From assembly GCA_963841435.1 (NCBI GenBank), contig CAWJCS010000005.1, positions 448,001-512,000 of the forward strand: 64,000 bases of DNA, read 5' to 3'. Both the position numbers and the translations under genes were made by a program. This DNA comes from an uncultured delta proteobacterium. GTDB taxonomy: Bacteria > Myxococcota_A > Polyangia > Polyangiales > Polyangiaceae. Every line of letters begins with the position of its first letter. Positions within the stretch are counted from its first letter, which is position 1. Below the pieces are notes generated by a model that was given only the letters and a program-made list of their open reading frames with translations, was not told where the DNA came from and searched no databases. Shown here in pieces: positions 39,355 through 49,674 of this stretch.

Positions 39355-41624
39355 CGGTCGTCTCCCGTGGTGTTGACGCGCGCCAGAGTGCCCGGCGTCG
39401 CGTCGGCTTTTGCCTGGGCGGGCGCGGCCGGTGATGCCGGCGGCATCTTCTTGATGTCGGTACCGAGGCGCTGCAGGTAGGCGACGAGCGCGATGATTTT
39501 CTTGTTTTCGAGCCCGCTCGGTCCGCCCTGCTTCACTACCTCAGCGCCCATCTCGCGAGCCTGAGCGCGAGCCTGCGCTTCGGCGTGCAACACCGAATCG
39601 CCGTACGGGACGCCCAACATGGCCATGGCGTCGACGCTCTTCTGAATGCGATCGAACTCGAGGTCGTCGCGTAGGAGCCAGGCGTACGCCGGCATGATCG
39701 ACTGCGGCGTGATGGCGCGCGGGTCTTCCATGTGCCGCACGTGCCAGAGGTGCGGGTACTTCCCGCCCACGCGGTGAAGATCGGGCCCGATGCGGCGCGA
39801 CCCCCACTGAAACGGATGGTCGTAGACGAACTCACCGGGCTTCGAATACTCGCCGTAGCGCTCCGTTTCGGCGCGAATCGGCCGAATCATCTGCGAGTGG
39901 CAATTGTAACAACCCTCGGCAACGTAGATGTCACGCCCCGCGAGCTCGAGCGGCGTGTAGGGCGTGACGGAGGCAATCGTCGGCACGTTCGAGCGAATCA
40001 AGAACGTCGGCAGGATCTCGAACAGCGACGCCGTCGCGACCGCAACCACCACCCACACCGTGAGCGTCAGCGGACGCCGCTCCCACATGCGGTGCCAGGT
40101 GGCCTCCGCGAAGTAGCGGAGCTTGTGGCCCGTATCCGCCATCATCGTATGGCGCGGGATGACGAGCTGCGGTTCCGGGCCAGTGTACGGCCCGAGCGCC
40201 GGCGCCGTCTCCACCGGTTCCGCGTAGGTCGCGGGACGGCCGCGGGAGGTCATGAAGATGTTCACGCCCGCGAGCACGGTGCCGAGCATGAACAGCGACC
40301 CGCCGAGCGCGCGCACCCAGTACATCGGGATGATGCGCACCACCGTCTCGACGAAGTCGGGGTACGCGAGGCGGCCCGTTTCGTCGAAAGCGCGCCACAT
40401 CAGGCCCTGCGTGACCCCCGCCGTGTACATCGACACGATGTAGAGCAGGATGCCGATGGTCCCGATCCAGAAGTGCGCCTCGGCGAGCTTCTTCGACCAG
40501 AGCTTCGCCTGGAAGACTCGCGGCGCAAGCCAGTACAGCATGCCGAACGTCATGAAGCCGTTCCAGCCGAGCGCGCCGCTGTGAACGTGGGCAATCGTCC
40601 AGTCGGTGTAGTGCGAAAGTGCGTTGACGCTCTTCACGGATAGCATCGGCCCCTCGAAGGTCGACATGCCGTAGAACGTCACGCCCACCACGAAGAACTT
40701 GAGCACCGGATCTTCGGACACGCGGTTCCACGCGCCGCGCAGCGTGAGCAGCCCGTTCAGCATGCCGCCCCACGACGGCATCCAGAGCATCACGCTGAAC
40801 ACCATGCCGAGCGTCGAGGCCCACTCCGGCAGCGCCGTGTAGTGGAGGTGGTGCGGCCCCGCCCAGATATAGAGAAAGACGAGCGACCAAAAGTGCAGAA
40901 TCGAGAGCCGGTAGGAGAACACCGGACGATTCGCCGCCTTCGGCAAAAAGTAGTACATCAGGCCGAGAAACGGCGTCGTCAGGAAGAAGGCGACGGCGTT
41001 GTGGCCGTACCACCACTGCATGAACGCGTCCTGAACGCCGGCGTAGATGCCGTAGCTCTTGAAAGCGCTCACGGGCAGCACCAGATTGTTGAAGATGTGC
41101 AGGATCGCCACCGTGATGATGGTGGCGATGTAAAACCAGATCGCGACGTACAGGTGCCGCTCTCGGCGGCGCGCGATCGTGCCGAAGAAGTTGATGGCGA
41201 ACGCCACCCACACGACGGCGATCGCGATGTCGATCGGCCACTCGAGCTCCGCGTATTCCTTGCTCTGGGTGATGCCGAACGGCAGCGTCAGAGCCGCCGA
41301 GACGATGATGGCTTGCCAGCCCCAGAAGTGGAAATTGCTGAGCTTGTCGCTGAACAGTCGTGCCTTCAGAAGCCGCTGGCTCGAGTAGTAGACGGCGGCG
41401 AAGACGGCGTTGCCGGCGAAGGCGAAGATGGCTGCGTTGGTGTGCAGGGGCCTGAGCCGTCCGAACGTGAGCTCCGGGCGGCCGAAGCTGAGCTCGGGCT
41501 TGACCAGCATCACGGCGAGGAACAGGCCAACGAGCGTCGCCACGATTCCCCAGAGCACCGTCGCGAACACGAATCGGCGCACGATCGCGTCGTCGTACTT
41601 GAAAGTTTCATTTTGCTCGGACAT
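39351..41624 (-). CDS. ccoNO: fused cbb3 oxidase subunits I+II (CcoN-CcoO)
   Basis: GRLRPLHT, QWWYGHNAV, WAGPHHL, HVH; CcoO part EGCYNCHSQ, WGSRRIGPDL. Confidence 0.96.
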   Translation of the reverse strand: MSEQNETFKYDDAIVRRFVFATVLWGIVATLVGLFLAVMLVKPELSFGRPELTFGRLRPLHTNAAIFAFAGNAVFAAVYYSSQRLLKARLFSDKLSNFHFWGWQAIIVSAALTLPFGITQSKEYAELEWPIDIAIAVVWVAFAINFFGTIARRRERHLYVAIWFYIATIITVAILHIFNNLVLPVSAFKSYGIYAGVQDAFMQWWYGHNAVAFFLTTPFLGLMYYFLPKAANRPVFSYRLSILHFWSLVFLYIWAGPHHLHYTALPEWASTLGMVFSVMLWMPSWGGMLNGLLTLRGAWNRVSEDPVLKFFVVGVTFYGMSTFEGPMLSVKSVNALSHYTDWTIAHVHSGALGWNGFMTFGMLYWLAPRVFQAKLWSKKLAEAHFWIGTIGILLYIVSMYTAGVTQGLMWRAFDETGRLAYPDFVETVVRIIPMYWVRALGGSLFMLGTVLAGVNIFMTSRGRPATYAEPVETAPALGPYTGPEPQLVIPRHTMMADTGHKLRYFAEATWHRMWERRPLTLTVWVVVAVATASLFEILPTFLIRSNVPTIASVTPYTPLELAGRDIYVAEGCYNCHSQMIRPIRAETERYGEYSKPGEFVYDHPFQWGSRRIGPDLHRVGGKYPHLWHVRHMEDPRAITPQSIMPAYAWLLRDDLEFDRIQKSVDAMAMLGVPYGDSVLHAEAQARAQAREMGAEVVKQGGPSGLENKKIIALVAYLQRLGTDIKKMPPASPAAPAQAKADATPGTLARVNTTGDDR

Positions 41625-41638
41625 CTGGGCGCCCCCTA

Positions 41639-41761
41639 CGCAAGCGGCGTGCCGGGGCTCCAACGCAAGAAACTCACTGGATCCGGCTCGATCCGTTTGG
41701 TCTCGAGCCGAGACGACGCAGTCCTTGCAGGCGGGAGGCGGGCTATGCGCACGTGTTGCGC
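41639..41761. promoter_or_regulatory. cco sigma54 promoter with paired enhancer palindromes
   Basis: Minus strand CGGCACGCCGCTTGCG (41654-41639), ACGCA-GTCCT-TGCAG (41716), perfect GCGCA-CGTGT-TGCGC (41747-41761). Confidence 0.7.
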
Positions 41762-41829
41762 GCCTTCGTGTCGGTAAACGATGACGACGCCCGCGCGCCC
41801 TGGCATGTCGGCTACACGTGAAGGATCGC

Positions 41830-44310
41830 GTGACCGAACAGGCGCTTTTACCCCTCGGCCTCACGGCCAGCGAGGCCCGGTCACGCCTTCGGACCTTCGG
41901 TCCAAATGCGCTGCCCGAAGAGAAGCGCCCGAGCTTCTTGCTCCGACTGGGGCGGCAGTTCCAAAACGCGCTGCTCTACCTTCTGCTCGTGGCGCTCGCT
42001 TTCGACGTCGCGGCGTGGATCTACAACGGAGCGCACGGCGCCCCCGTCGAGGCGCTGGCGATCCTCGCGGTGCTGATGCTGAACGCCGGCCTCGGTGTCG
42101 CGCAGGAGTACCGTTCGGAGCGTGCGCTCGACGAGCTGAAAAAGCTGGGATCGCCCCGCGTCTGGGCGTTGCGCGACGGCGAGCTCTCTCGCATCGACGC
42201 GCGCGAGCTCGTGCCGGGGGACGTGGTCAGGCTCGAGCCGGGCGACCGGGTACCCGCGGACGGAGCTGCGGCGGGCGCCGAGGCGCTCTCGGTCGACGAG
42301 TCGCTGCTCACGGGGGAATCGCTGCCCGTCGACAAGCCCGACGGCAGCGAGCTTTTCAGCGGTAGCGTCGTGATGCGCGGACGCGGCGATCTCGCGGTCT
42401 CGCGCACGGGGAAAGAGAGCACCATGGGGCGCCTCGCCGGCAGCCTCGCGGGCATCGAAGTCGGCAAGACGCCGCTCGAGCTGCGGATCGACGAGCTCGG
42501 CTCGAAGATCGCGCGCTACGTGGGAGCGCTGAGCTTTCTGCTCGTCGTCGGCGGCGTCTTGAGCCAGGGGGTCTCCCATTTTCCCAACGTCGTGATGTTC
42601 GCCGTCGCGTTCGGCGTCGCCGTCGTGCCGGAGAGCATGCCGGCCATGATGACGTTGGCGCTCGCTTTCGGCGTGCAACGCATGGCACGCCGCCGGGCGG
42701 TGGTGCGGCGGCTCAGCGCGGTCGAGGCGCTCGGCGCCGTCACGGTGATCGCCTCTGACAAGACGGGCACACTCACCTCGAACCAGATCGTCGTCGAGGC
42801 GCTCCACGCGGTCGACGAGGACGAAGCCTTGCTCGCGCTCGCCCTCGCCAACGACGCCGAGTATGGGCACGAAGCAGGTGACCCCCTCGAGCGCGCCCTG
42901 GTCGAGTACGCCCGGGGGCGCGGGGCCGATGTCCACGCGCTGCGCACGGCGTACCCGCGCGTTGCGAGCCGGCCGTTCGACAGCCGCTGGAAGTACATGC
43001 GCGTGTCCGTGATGGGCCAGGGGAGCGAGCCGAGGAGTTACGTGAAGGGCGCGGTCGAGGTCGTGCTCGAGCGCTCGCGAATCGACGCCGAGGCGCGCCG
43101 CTCGTGGCTCGAGCGAGCGGCCGAGCAGGCCGGGGCCGGCTACAAGGTGCTCGGCTTGGCGCGCGGCCGGCACGACGCCGAGACCGAGCTTTCGTTCCTG
43201 GGCTTCGTCACGCTCTGGGACCCTCCCCGTCCCGAGGCACGTCAGGCCGTCCAGGCGGCGAAGGACGCCGGTATCACCGTGCTGATGGTGACGGGCGATC
43301 ACCCCGAAACGGCGCGCGCGATCGGGGAGCGCGTCGGAATCGAATCGGCCCGCGTGCTCACCGGAGCCGACATCGAGGCTCTCTCGCCGGAAGAGATCGC
43401 CGCGTCGATCGACGGCGTGAGGATCTTTTCGCGCATGCTGCCCGAGCACAAGCTCCGCATCGTCGAGGCACTGCAGGCTCGCGGCGACGTGGTCGCGATG
43501 ACGGGCGACGGCCTCAACGACGCCCCGGCGCTCAAGCGGGCCGACGTGGGCGTCGCCATGGGTGAGCGCGGCAGCGAGGTGGCCCGCGAGGTGGCCGACG
43601 TCGTGCTGCTCGATGACAACTTCTCGACCATCGTGGCGGCGATCGAGGAAGGGCGCGTCATCTACGAAAACATCATGAACTTCATCCGCTACACGTTCTC
43701 GAGCAACGTGGCGCTCATGCTGCTCGTGCTCGGCGGCGCCGCGGGGTCGCTCATGCTCGGGCTGCGCACGGCCGACGGCGGGGTGCTCTTGCCGCTCACG
43801 GCTCTGCAGGTCTTGTGGATCAACTTCCTGGGCGACGGGCCACCCGCGCTCGCGCTGTCCGTCGATCGCAATCCACGCGTGATGCGGGCACCGCCCCGGG
43901 CGCGCAACAGCACCCTGCTCGACGCGCGCGCCGTCAAGTTCATCCTCGTCAACGGCGGATTCAAGGGAGCCGTGGGGCTCCTTTTGCTCGTGCTGCTGCC
44001 CCACTTCGGCGTCGGTCTACCGGCGACGGCCACGGTCGTCTTTCTGTACGAGTCGACGGCAAAGGTGCTGAGCGCCTACCCCGCACGCAAGATCGGCCCC
44101 TCGCCACAGATGAACCTCGCGCTGCACGCGTCGATCGCCGCTGGTGTGCTGCTCGGGTTCCTCTGTGTCCTCGTCGAGCCGCTACGCCGCACGCTGGGCC
44201 TCGCGTCGATCGGGCTCCACGAGGTCTGGCCACTCGGCGTTGCGACGCTCGTGACGGTCGCGAGCGGCGAGCTTTTGGCACGCTCGATCGGCCGACAAGC
44301 CAAGCAGTGA
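41830..44310 (+). CDS. P2-type cation-transporting ATPase (PacL/CtpF-like)
   Basis: GLTASEA..FGPN, TGES, VPES, DKTGT, TGD, GDGLND, LWINF. Start at 41818 or 41830. Confidence 0.92.
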   Translation: MTEQALLPLGLTASEARSRLRTFGPNALPEEKRPSFLLRLGRQFQNALLYLLLVALAFDVAAWIYNGAHGAPVEALAILAVLMLNAGLGVAQEYRSERALDELKKLGSPRVWALRDGELSRIDARELVPGDVVRLEPGDRVPADGAAAGAEALSVDESLLTGESLPVDKPDGSELFSGSVVMRGRGDLAVSRTGKESTMGRLAGSLAGIEVGKTPLELRIDELGSKIARYVGALSFLLVVGGVLSQGVSHFPNVVMFAVAFGVAVVPESMPAMMTLALAFGVQRMARRRAVVRRLSAVEALGAVTVIASDKTGTLTSNQIVVEALHAVDEDEALLALALANDAEYGHEAGDPLERALVEYARGRGADVHALRTAYPRVASRPFDSRWKYMRVSVMGQGSEPRSYVKGAVEVVLERSRIDAEARRSWLERAAEQAGAGYKVLGLARGRHDAETELSFLGFVTLWDPPRPEARQAVQAAKDAGITVLMVTGDHPETARAIGERVGIESARVLTGADIEALSPEEIAASIDGVRIFSRMLPEHKLRIVEALQARGDVVAMTGDGLNDAPALKRADVGVAMGERGSEVAREVADVVLLDDNFSTIVAAIEEGRVIYENIMNFIRYTFSSNVALMLLVLGGAAGSLMLGLRTADGGVLLPLTALQVLWINFLGDGPPALALSVDRNPRVMRAPPRARNSTLLDARAVKFILVNGGFKGAVGLLLLVLLPHFGVGLPATATVVFLYESTAKVLSAYPARKIGPSPQMNLALHASIAAGVLLGFLCVLVEPLRRTLGLASIGLHEVWPLGVATLVTVASGELLARSIGRQAKQ

Positions 44311-44336
44311 CGAGCGAGGCGCGGGTTGCGCACGCG

Positions 44337-44575
44337 GCGCAGACTTTGCGCGGAACCGACGCTGGCGGCTTCGCAAGCGAGCGTCGCGGGGATGACCGCA
44401 GCGCCCAGGGGAGAAGGCCTGGATTTTCTCACTCGCACTATCTGCGCGAGCGAGCCGGAGCGCCGTCTACTCGTGCACAATTTGCAGCCACGGACAGCAT
44501 CGGCGCAAACCTTGCCGCACCAGGCGAACCCGTGTGCGAGATCCTCCTACGATCGGCGCTGGCACGCGTGATGCA
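44337..44575 (+). promoter_or_regulatory. three enhancer palindromes plus sigma54 promoter
   Basis: GCGCA-GACTT-TGCGC (44337), GTGCA-CAATT-TGCAG (44473), GCGCA-AACCT-TGCCG (44503), TGGCACGCGTGATGCA (44560-44575). Confidence 0.72.
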
Positions 44576-44603
44576 CCTGTCGAGGCCGAAGGAGAACCAC
44601 GTC

Positions 44604-45260
44604 ATGACCGACAAGCCCTATGCCATCGTTTGCGCCGTCGATTATTCCCAAGCGGGTGATCTTGCGCTCGAACGGGCGTTCGAGCTCACCTCGGAACGTC
44701 CGCTGGCGCGTCTTCACGTCGTCAACGTTCTCCCGGTCTACCAGCCCGGCACGGCCACGGACGCCGCGTGGAGCGGTGCGCTGCCGTCAGTAGCGCAGGC
44801 CGCGGAGGAGCTACGCGGGTACGTCGAGCGGAAGAAGGCCGAGTACCGGGCGGCTCACGCCGGCCAGAACCTTCAATTCCTCGACACCGTGCTCGCCCAC
44901 CAGCGGGTGGAAGCACCCGCAGAAGAGATCGCTCAGCTCGCCGCCGATCTGGAAGCCGACCTCGTGGTCGTGGGAACCCACGGGCGCCGCGGGCTATCGC
45001 GGCTCGTGCTCGGCTCGGTAGCGGAAGCCACCGTGCGTCTGGCGCCCTGCCCCGTGCTCGTCGTGCGGCCGAAGGCCGTGCCGGCGCCCGTCCCGGCGAT
45101 CCAGCCACCCTGCCCGGTTTGCGTGGAAACGCGCAAGGCGACCGGCGGCAAGGAGATGTGGTGCGAGCAGCACCGCGAGCACCACGGCCAGCGCCACACG
45201 TACCACCAGGGCGACCGCGGGGGCGCCGACACGAACATGCCGCTCGTCGTGCACAGCTAG
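44604..45260 (+). CDS. universal stress protein with Cys/His-rich C-terminal extension
   Basis: RBS AAGGAG; USP motifs VVGTHGR..LGSVAE..APCPV; tail CPVC..WCEQH..HH..HTYH. Confidence 0.88.
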   Translation: MTDKPYAIVCAVDYSQAGDLALERAFELTSERPLARLHVVNVLPVYQPGTATDAAWSGALPSVAQAAEELRGYVERKKAEYRAAHAGQNLQFLDTVLAHQRVEAPAEEIAQLAADLEADLVVVGTHGRRGLSRLVLGSVAEATVRLAPCPVLVVRPKAVPAPVPAIQPPCPVCVETRKATGGKEMWCEQHREHHGQRHTYHQGDRGGADTNMPLVVHS

Positions 45261-45415
45261 CCTCTGCCCAGCTCGTTCGCGACGGCTTCACGCTTCGTTC
45301 GCACTGAATGTCCGTCTCGAGCCGGCGGGCGTAATCCGCAACGCTCGTGGGGTGTGTCCCCGCGTGTGGCGGAGCTCGCCTCACCGGCGATTGAACCGAG
45401 GAGAGGAGAACCGCC

Positions 45416-47804
45416 GTGACGCAGCACATCATCCCGTTTCGCGAGCTCGACATCGGCCGCGTCAGCGAAGTCGGCGGCAAGAATGCTTCGCTCGGGGAGC
45501 TCATCCAGGCGCTCGAGCCGAAAGGCATCCGCGTACCGGACGGGTTCGCCATCACCGCGGAGGCCTTTCGGCTGCACCTGAGAAGGGCGGGGCTCGAGGA
45601 GCGTATCTATCCGGAGCTCGAAAAGCTCGACGTGGCGGACCTCTCACGCGCTCGCCGAGGTCTGCTCGGGCGTGCGCGAGGCCGTGCGGTCTGCGCCGCT
45701 GCCGCCGGAGCTCGAGGCCCGCATCCTCGAAGCCTACCGCGCCTTCTCCAAGCGGTACGAGGAGGACGAGACCGACGTCGCCGTGCGCTCGAGCGCGACG
45801 GCCGAAGACCTTCCGACGGCGTCGTTCGCGGGGCAGCAGGAGACGTACCTCAACGTACGCGGCGGGGAGAAGCTCGTGCAGGCCGTGCGCGACTGCATGG
45901 CATCGCTCTTCACCGATCGCGCGGTCGTTTATCGCAGCGAGCGCGGTTTTTCGCATCGCGATGTCGCGCTGTCCGTCGGCGTCCAGAAGATGGTGCGGAG
46001 CGATCTCGGCTCGGCAGGAGTGATCTTCACCCTCGACACGGAGACGGGCTTTCGCGACGTCGTGGTGCTCACGGGAGCCTTCGGTCTCGGCGAGACCGTC
46101 GTGCAGGGCCGCGTCGATCCCGACGAGTTCTGGGTCCACAAGCCGGCGCTCGCGAAGGGCTGTGCGGCCATCATTCGGCGCGAGCTCGGCGAGAAGGACG
46201 TGCGCCTCGTCTACGGTAGCGGCGGAAACCAGGCGCTCGTCGAGGAGCGCGTGCCGCGCGAGCTTCGACAGAAGCCGATCCTCGAGGATGCCGAGATCCT
46301 CGAGCTTGCCCGCTGGGCGGTCCGCATCGAAGCGCACTACTCGGCGCGCGCCGGCCACCCGATGCCCATGGACATCGAGTGGGCCAAGGACGGCCGCACC
46401 GGGAAACTCTACATCGTCCAGGCGCGGCCCGAGACCGTGCACGCGCAGAGCGGACCACCGAAGTTCGAGATGTTCCGACTGCGTGGCAAGGGCCGCCTGC
46501 TGGTTCAGGGCAAGAGCGTCGGCAGCAAGATAGGCCATGGCAGGGCCCGCGTCGTGCACTCGCCGAGCGAGCTGTCGTCGTTCCGCGCGGGCGAGGTGCT
46601 CGTCGCGGCGATGACGGACCCGGACTGGGAGCCGGTGCTCAAGCACGCCGCCGCCGTGGTGACGGATCACGGCGGGCGCACCTGCCACGCCGCCATCGTC
46701 TCGCGCGAGCTGGGCATCCCCTGCGTCGTCGGCACGGGCGATGCCACGTCGACACTCGTCACGGGCGACGAGCTCACCGTGTCGTGCGCCGAGGGCGACG
46801 AGGGCAAGGTCTACGCGGGGCGGGTCGAGTTCGACCGCACGGAGGTGGACCCCGCGACGCTGCCGACCCCGCGCGTGCCCGTGATGCTCAACGTCGGCAA
46901 CCCCGAGTCGGCGTTCCTGCTCGGCCAGCTCCCGAGCGACGGTGTAGGCCTGTTGCGTATCGAGTTCTTGGTCTCGAGCTGGGTCGGGATCCACCCCATG
47001 GCGCTCGTGCACCCCGAGCGCATCGAGGAGCCGGCGGTCCTCGCCGAGGTCAAGCGGCGCAGCGCCGGACACGCGAGCCCCGCCGAATTCTTCGTCGATC
47101 GCCTCGCCACGGGCGTCGCGCAGATTGCCGCGGCGTTCTACCCGCGGCCCGTCATCGTGCGCTTCTCCGACTTCAAGACCAACGAGTACGCGGGGCTCGT
47201 CGGCGGCAGGGCCTTCGAGCCCGTCGAGGACAATCCCATGATCGGTTTCCGTGGCGCCTCGCGCTACTACGACGAGCGCTACCGCGAGGGCTTCGCACTC
47301 GAGTGCCGCGCCATGCGCCGCGTGCGCGAGGACATGGGGCTCACCAACGTGAAGCTGATGATCCCGTTCTGCCGCACGCTCGGAGAGGGCCGCGCCGTGC
47401 TCGCCGAGCTCGAGAAGAACGGCCTGCGACGCGGCGACCACGACCTCGAGGTGTACGTGATGTGCGAGATCCCGAACAACGTGATCCTCGCCGAGGAGTT
47501 CGCCGACCTGTTCGACGGCTTCTCGATCGGCTCGAACGATCTGACGCAGTTGACGCTCGGCATCGATCGGGACTCCGAGCTTTTGGCGTCGCTCTTCGAC
47601 GAGCAGGACCCCGGCGTGAAGCGCTCCATCGCGCTCGTCATCGAGCGCGCCCACGCGAAGCGCCGCAAGGTAGGGCTGTGCGGCCAGGCGCCGAGCGACC
47701 ACCCGGAATTCGCCGAGTTCTTGGCGTCGGCTGGCATCGATTCGATCTCGGTGACGCCCGACGCGCTGCCGCGCGTGCTCGAGGTACTCGCGATTTCCAA
47801 ATAA
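45416..47804 (+). CDS. ppsA: phosphoenolpyruvate synthase (+1 frameshift at ~45645)
   Basis: VGGKNASLGE in the first frame; VAVRSSATAEDLP, GGRTCHAAI, FSIGSNDLTQ, CGQAPS in the second frame. Confidence 0.93.
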
Positions 47805-47862
47805 GCGGGTAGCGGCGGGTTCTGCTTGCAGGCGCGGCGGAGCATGAGAAAAAGGGAGCGCC

Positions 47863-49119
47863 GTGGAGGAAAGCAAGGCACGAAAGCCGACGTGGACGCG
47901 CGCGCGCGTCCTCGCGTTCGCCGTGGGCGCCGCGCTGGTGCTGCTCGGTGCGAGCGCCTGGCGGACCTTCGTCGACGATACGGCGCTCCGGCTGGTGTTC
48001 GAGTCGCCGTATCAGGGCCGCTGCAAGCAGATCGTGACGCGCTCCGCGATCGATCGCTCGGTCGAGCTCGGCACACGCTTCCTGCTCGTCCACCAAAAGC
48101 CCGAAGGTAATTTCGACTACGAGTACGACTGGCGGGAGAAGCGCTACTCGAGCGATGACAACGAGGTACGGCAGGCAGGGGCGCTCTGGGGTCTCGCGCT
48201 CCTCTACCGGGATCACCCGACGGCTGAGCTCGGCGCGGCGGTCGAGCGAGGCCTCGCGTTCTTCGAAAAGCACGCGCGCGCGGCCGGGGGGGCGCGCTGC
48301 ATCGCGTACCCGGGCCGTGCCGAGCCGGGGATCGGCACCGTGGCGCTCGTCGCGTTGAGCTACATCGAGTACCTGGCCACGCCGGGGGCCGCGATCGCTC
48401 CGCCCCTGCGCGCCATGCACGAGCAGCGGCTCGCGGGCTACCTCGCCGAGCTTCAGGCCGGCGCGAATCCGGACGGCCTCTTTTTCGGGGTGTACGACGC
48501 CGCGACCTGCGCCCCCCGCGGCGCACCCTCACCCTACTCGGACGGCGAGGCACTGCTCGCGTTGATCAAGGCCGCGAAGTACCTGGGCCACGGCGAGCTC
48601 CGGCCGCTCGCCCTTCGCACGGCGGATGCCGGTCACCGCCTGAACATCGAGCAAGCGCGCGAGGATGAAGACGATTCCGATGTCACGAAGGGCTATTACC
48701 AGTGGAGCTCGATGGCCTTCTACGAGCTCGCGACGAGCGGTTGGCCCGACACGGACCGCTTCGCTCCCTGGGTGCTCGATCTCGCCGACTGGCAAATCGA
48801 CGTCCACAAGACCCTCACGCGTCGCCGCAACACCGGCTACGCCTACGAGGGGCTGATCCCCGCCTACGATCTCGCGCGTCGCCGAGGTGACGCGACGCGC
48901 GCCGCGAAGTACCGCTGCGTGATCGACCTTGGCCTCGGACGGCTTCTTTCGTGGCAGGTGGGTGGGCCCATGGCGTCGAGCTACACCGCCGCCGTCGACG
49001 CGGGCGACCGTGCAGCCGTCGGCGGCGTGCAGAACGCCAAGGACGAGCCGGCCTTGCGCATCGACGTGACGCAGCACCAGCTCCACGCGCTCTTGTACGC
49101 GCGCGCGCTCGTCTACTGA
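47863..49119 (+). CDS. membrane-anchored/secreted hypothetical protein, possibly alpha/alpha-toroid fold
   Basis: N-terminal TM, helical repeats, GNFDYEYD..DNEVRQAG, RIDVTQH motifs. Confidence 0.65.
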   Translation: MEESKARKPTWTRARVLAFAVGAALVLLGASAWRTFVDDTALRLVFESPYQGRCKQIVTRSAIDRSVELGTRFLLVHQKPEGNFDYEYDWREKRYSSDDNEVRQAGALWGLALLYRDHPTAELGAAVERGLAFFEKHARAAGGARCIAYPGRAEPGIGTVALVALSYIEYLATPGAAIAPPLRAMHEQRLAGYLAELQAGANPDGLFFGVYDAATCAPRGAPSPYSDGEALLALIKAAKYLGHGELRPLALRTADAGHRLNIEQAREDEDDSDVTKGYYQWSSMAFYELATSGWPDTDRFAPWVLDLADWQIDVHKTLTRRRNTGYAYEGLIPAYDLARRRGDATRAAKYRCVIDLGLGRLLSWQVGGPMASSYTAAVDAGDRAAVGGVQNAKDEPALRIDVTQHQLHALLYARALVY

Positions 49120-49215
49120 ACGGCGACACGCGAAGCACCAGCCATACTCCGCCCCATTGTCGTTTGGCGTGGCTGTTTCGCCGGATGGGTCGTCCCAAGG
49201 CACATCGAGCAGCGA

Positions 49216-49674
49216 CTACGACGGCGGCTCGGGCTCCCCGAGGTATTCGGCGAGCATGGCGGCCTCGGCGCGCTCGTGAACGCGAAATCGCGCGACGAGC
49301 TCGACAGCCCCTGCGGCGAGCGACTCCCCACCGTCGTCCATCCTCGTGAGCGAATCGAGGTGCGCCAGGGAATCGCGCATCGCGGCATGATCGGCCCTGA
49401 GGTCGACGATCGCCGGCAAGAGCGACGGCCGATCCGCCGAGATCGTCTCGAAGTGCGCCGGCCCTTCCTCGGCGGCGAAGTGCTCCTCGAGCTCTAGGCG
49501 CGAGAGGCGCAAGAGGCCGTGCAGGGACTCGGTGGGGTCCGTCGGCCGGCGCTCGAGGTCGAGCACCGTGCGCGCTGCCTCGTCGAGGCGATGCAGCAGA
49601 GCCGCGAGGCTCTGGTGCTGGGCGTGCACGAGCGTGAGGCGGCCGAAGAGGCTCGGTGGCGTGTATCCCATCAT
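49216..49674 (-). CDS. hemerythrin-like (HHE) domain protein
   Basis: QH, EHFAAEE, DH, VHERAE: metal-ligand pattern of a four-helix bundle. Confidence 0.75.
   Translation of the reverse strand: MMGYTPPSLFGRLTLVHAQHQSLAALLHRLDEAARTVLDLERRPTDPTESLHGLLRLSRLELEEHFAAEEGPAHFETISADRPSLLPAIVDLRADHAAMRDSLAHLDSLTRMDDGGESLAAGAVELVARFRVHERAEAAMLAEYLGEPEPPS

Noticed and set aside
41801-41815. TGGCATGTCGGCTAC as a sigma54 promoter for the P2 ATPase
   Set aside because: The -12 is AC. Plausible given the nearby enhancers, but not supportable alone.
17239-45647. Programmed frameshifting at the three frameshift sites
   Set aside because: No slippery heptamers or homopolymer/SSR tracts; single-base sequencing errors are simpler.
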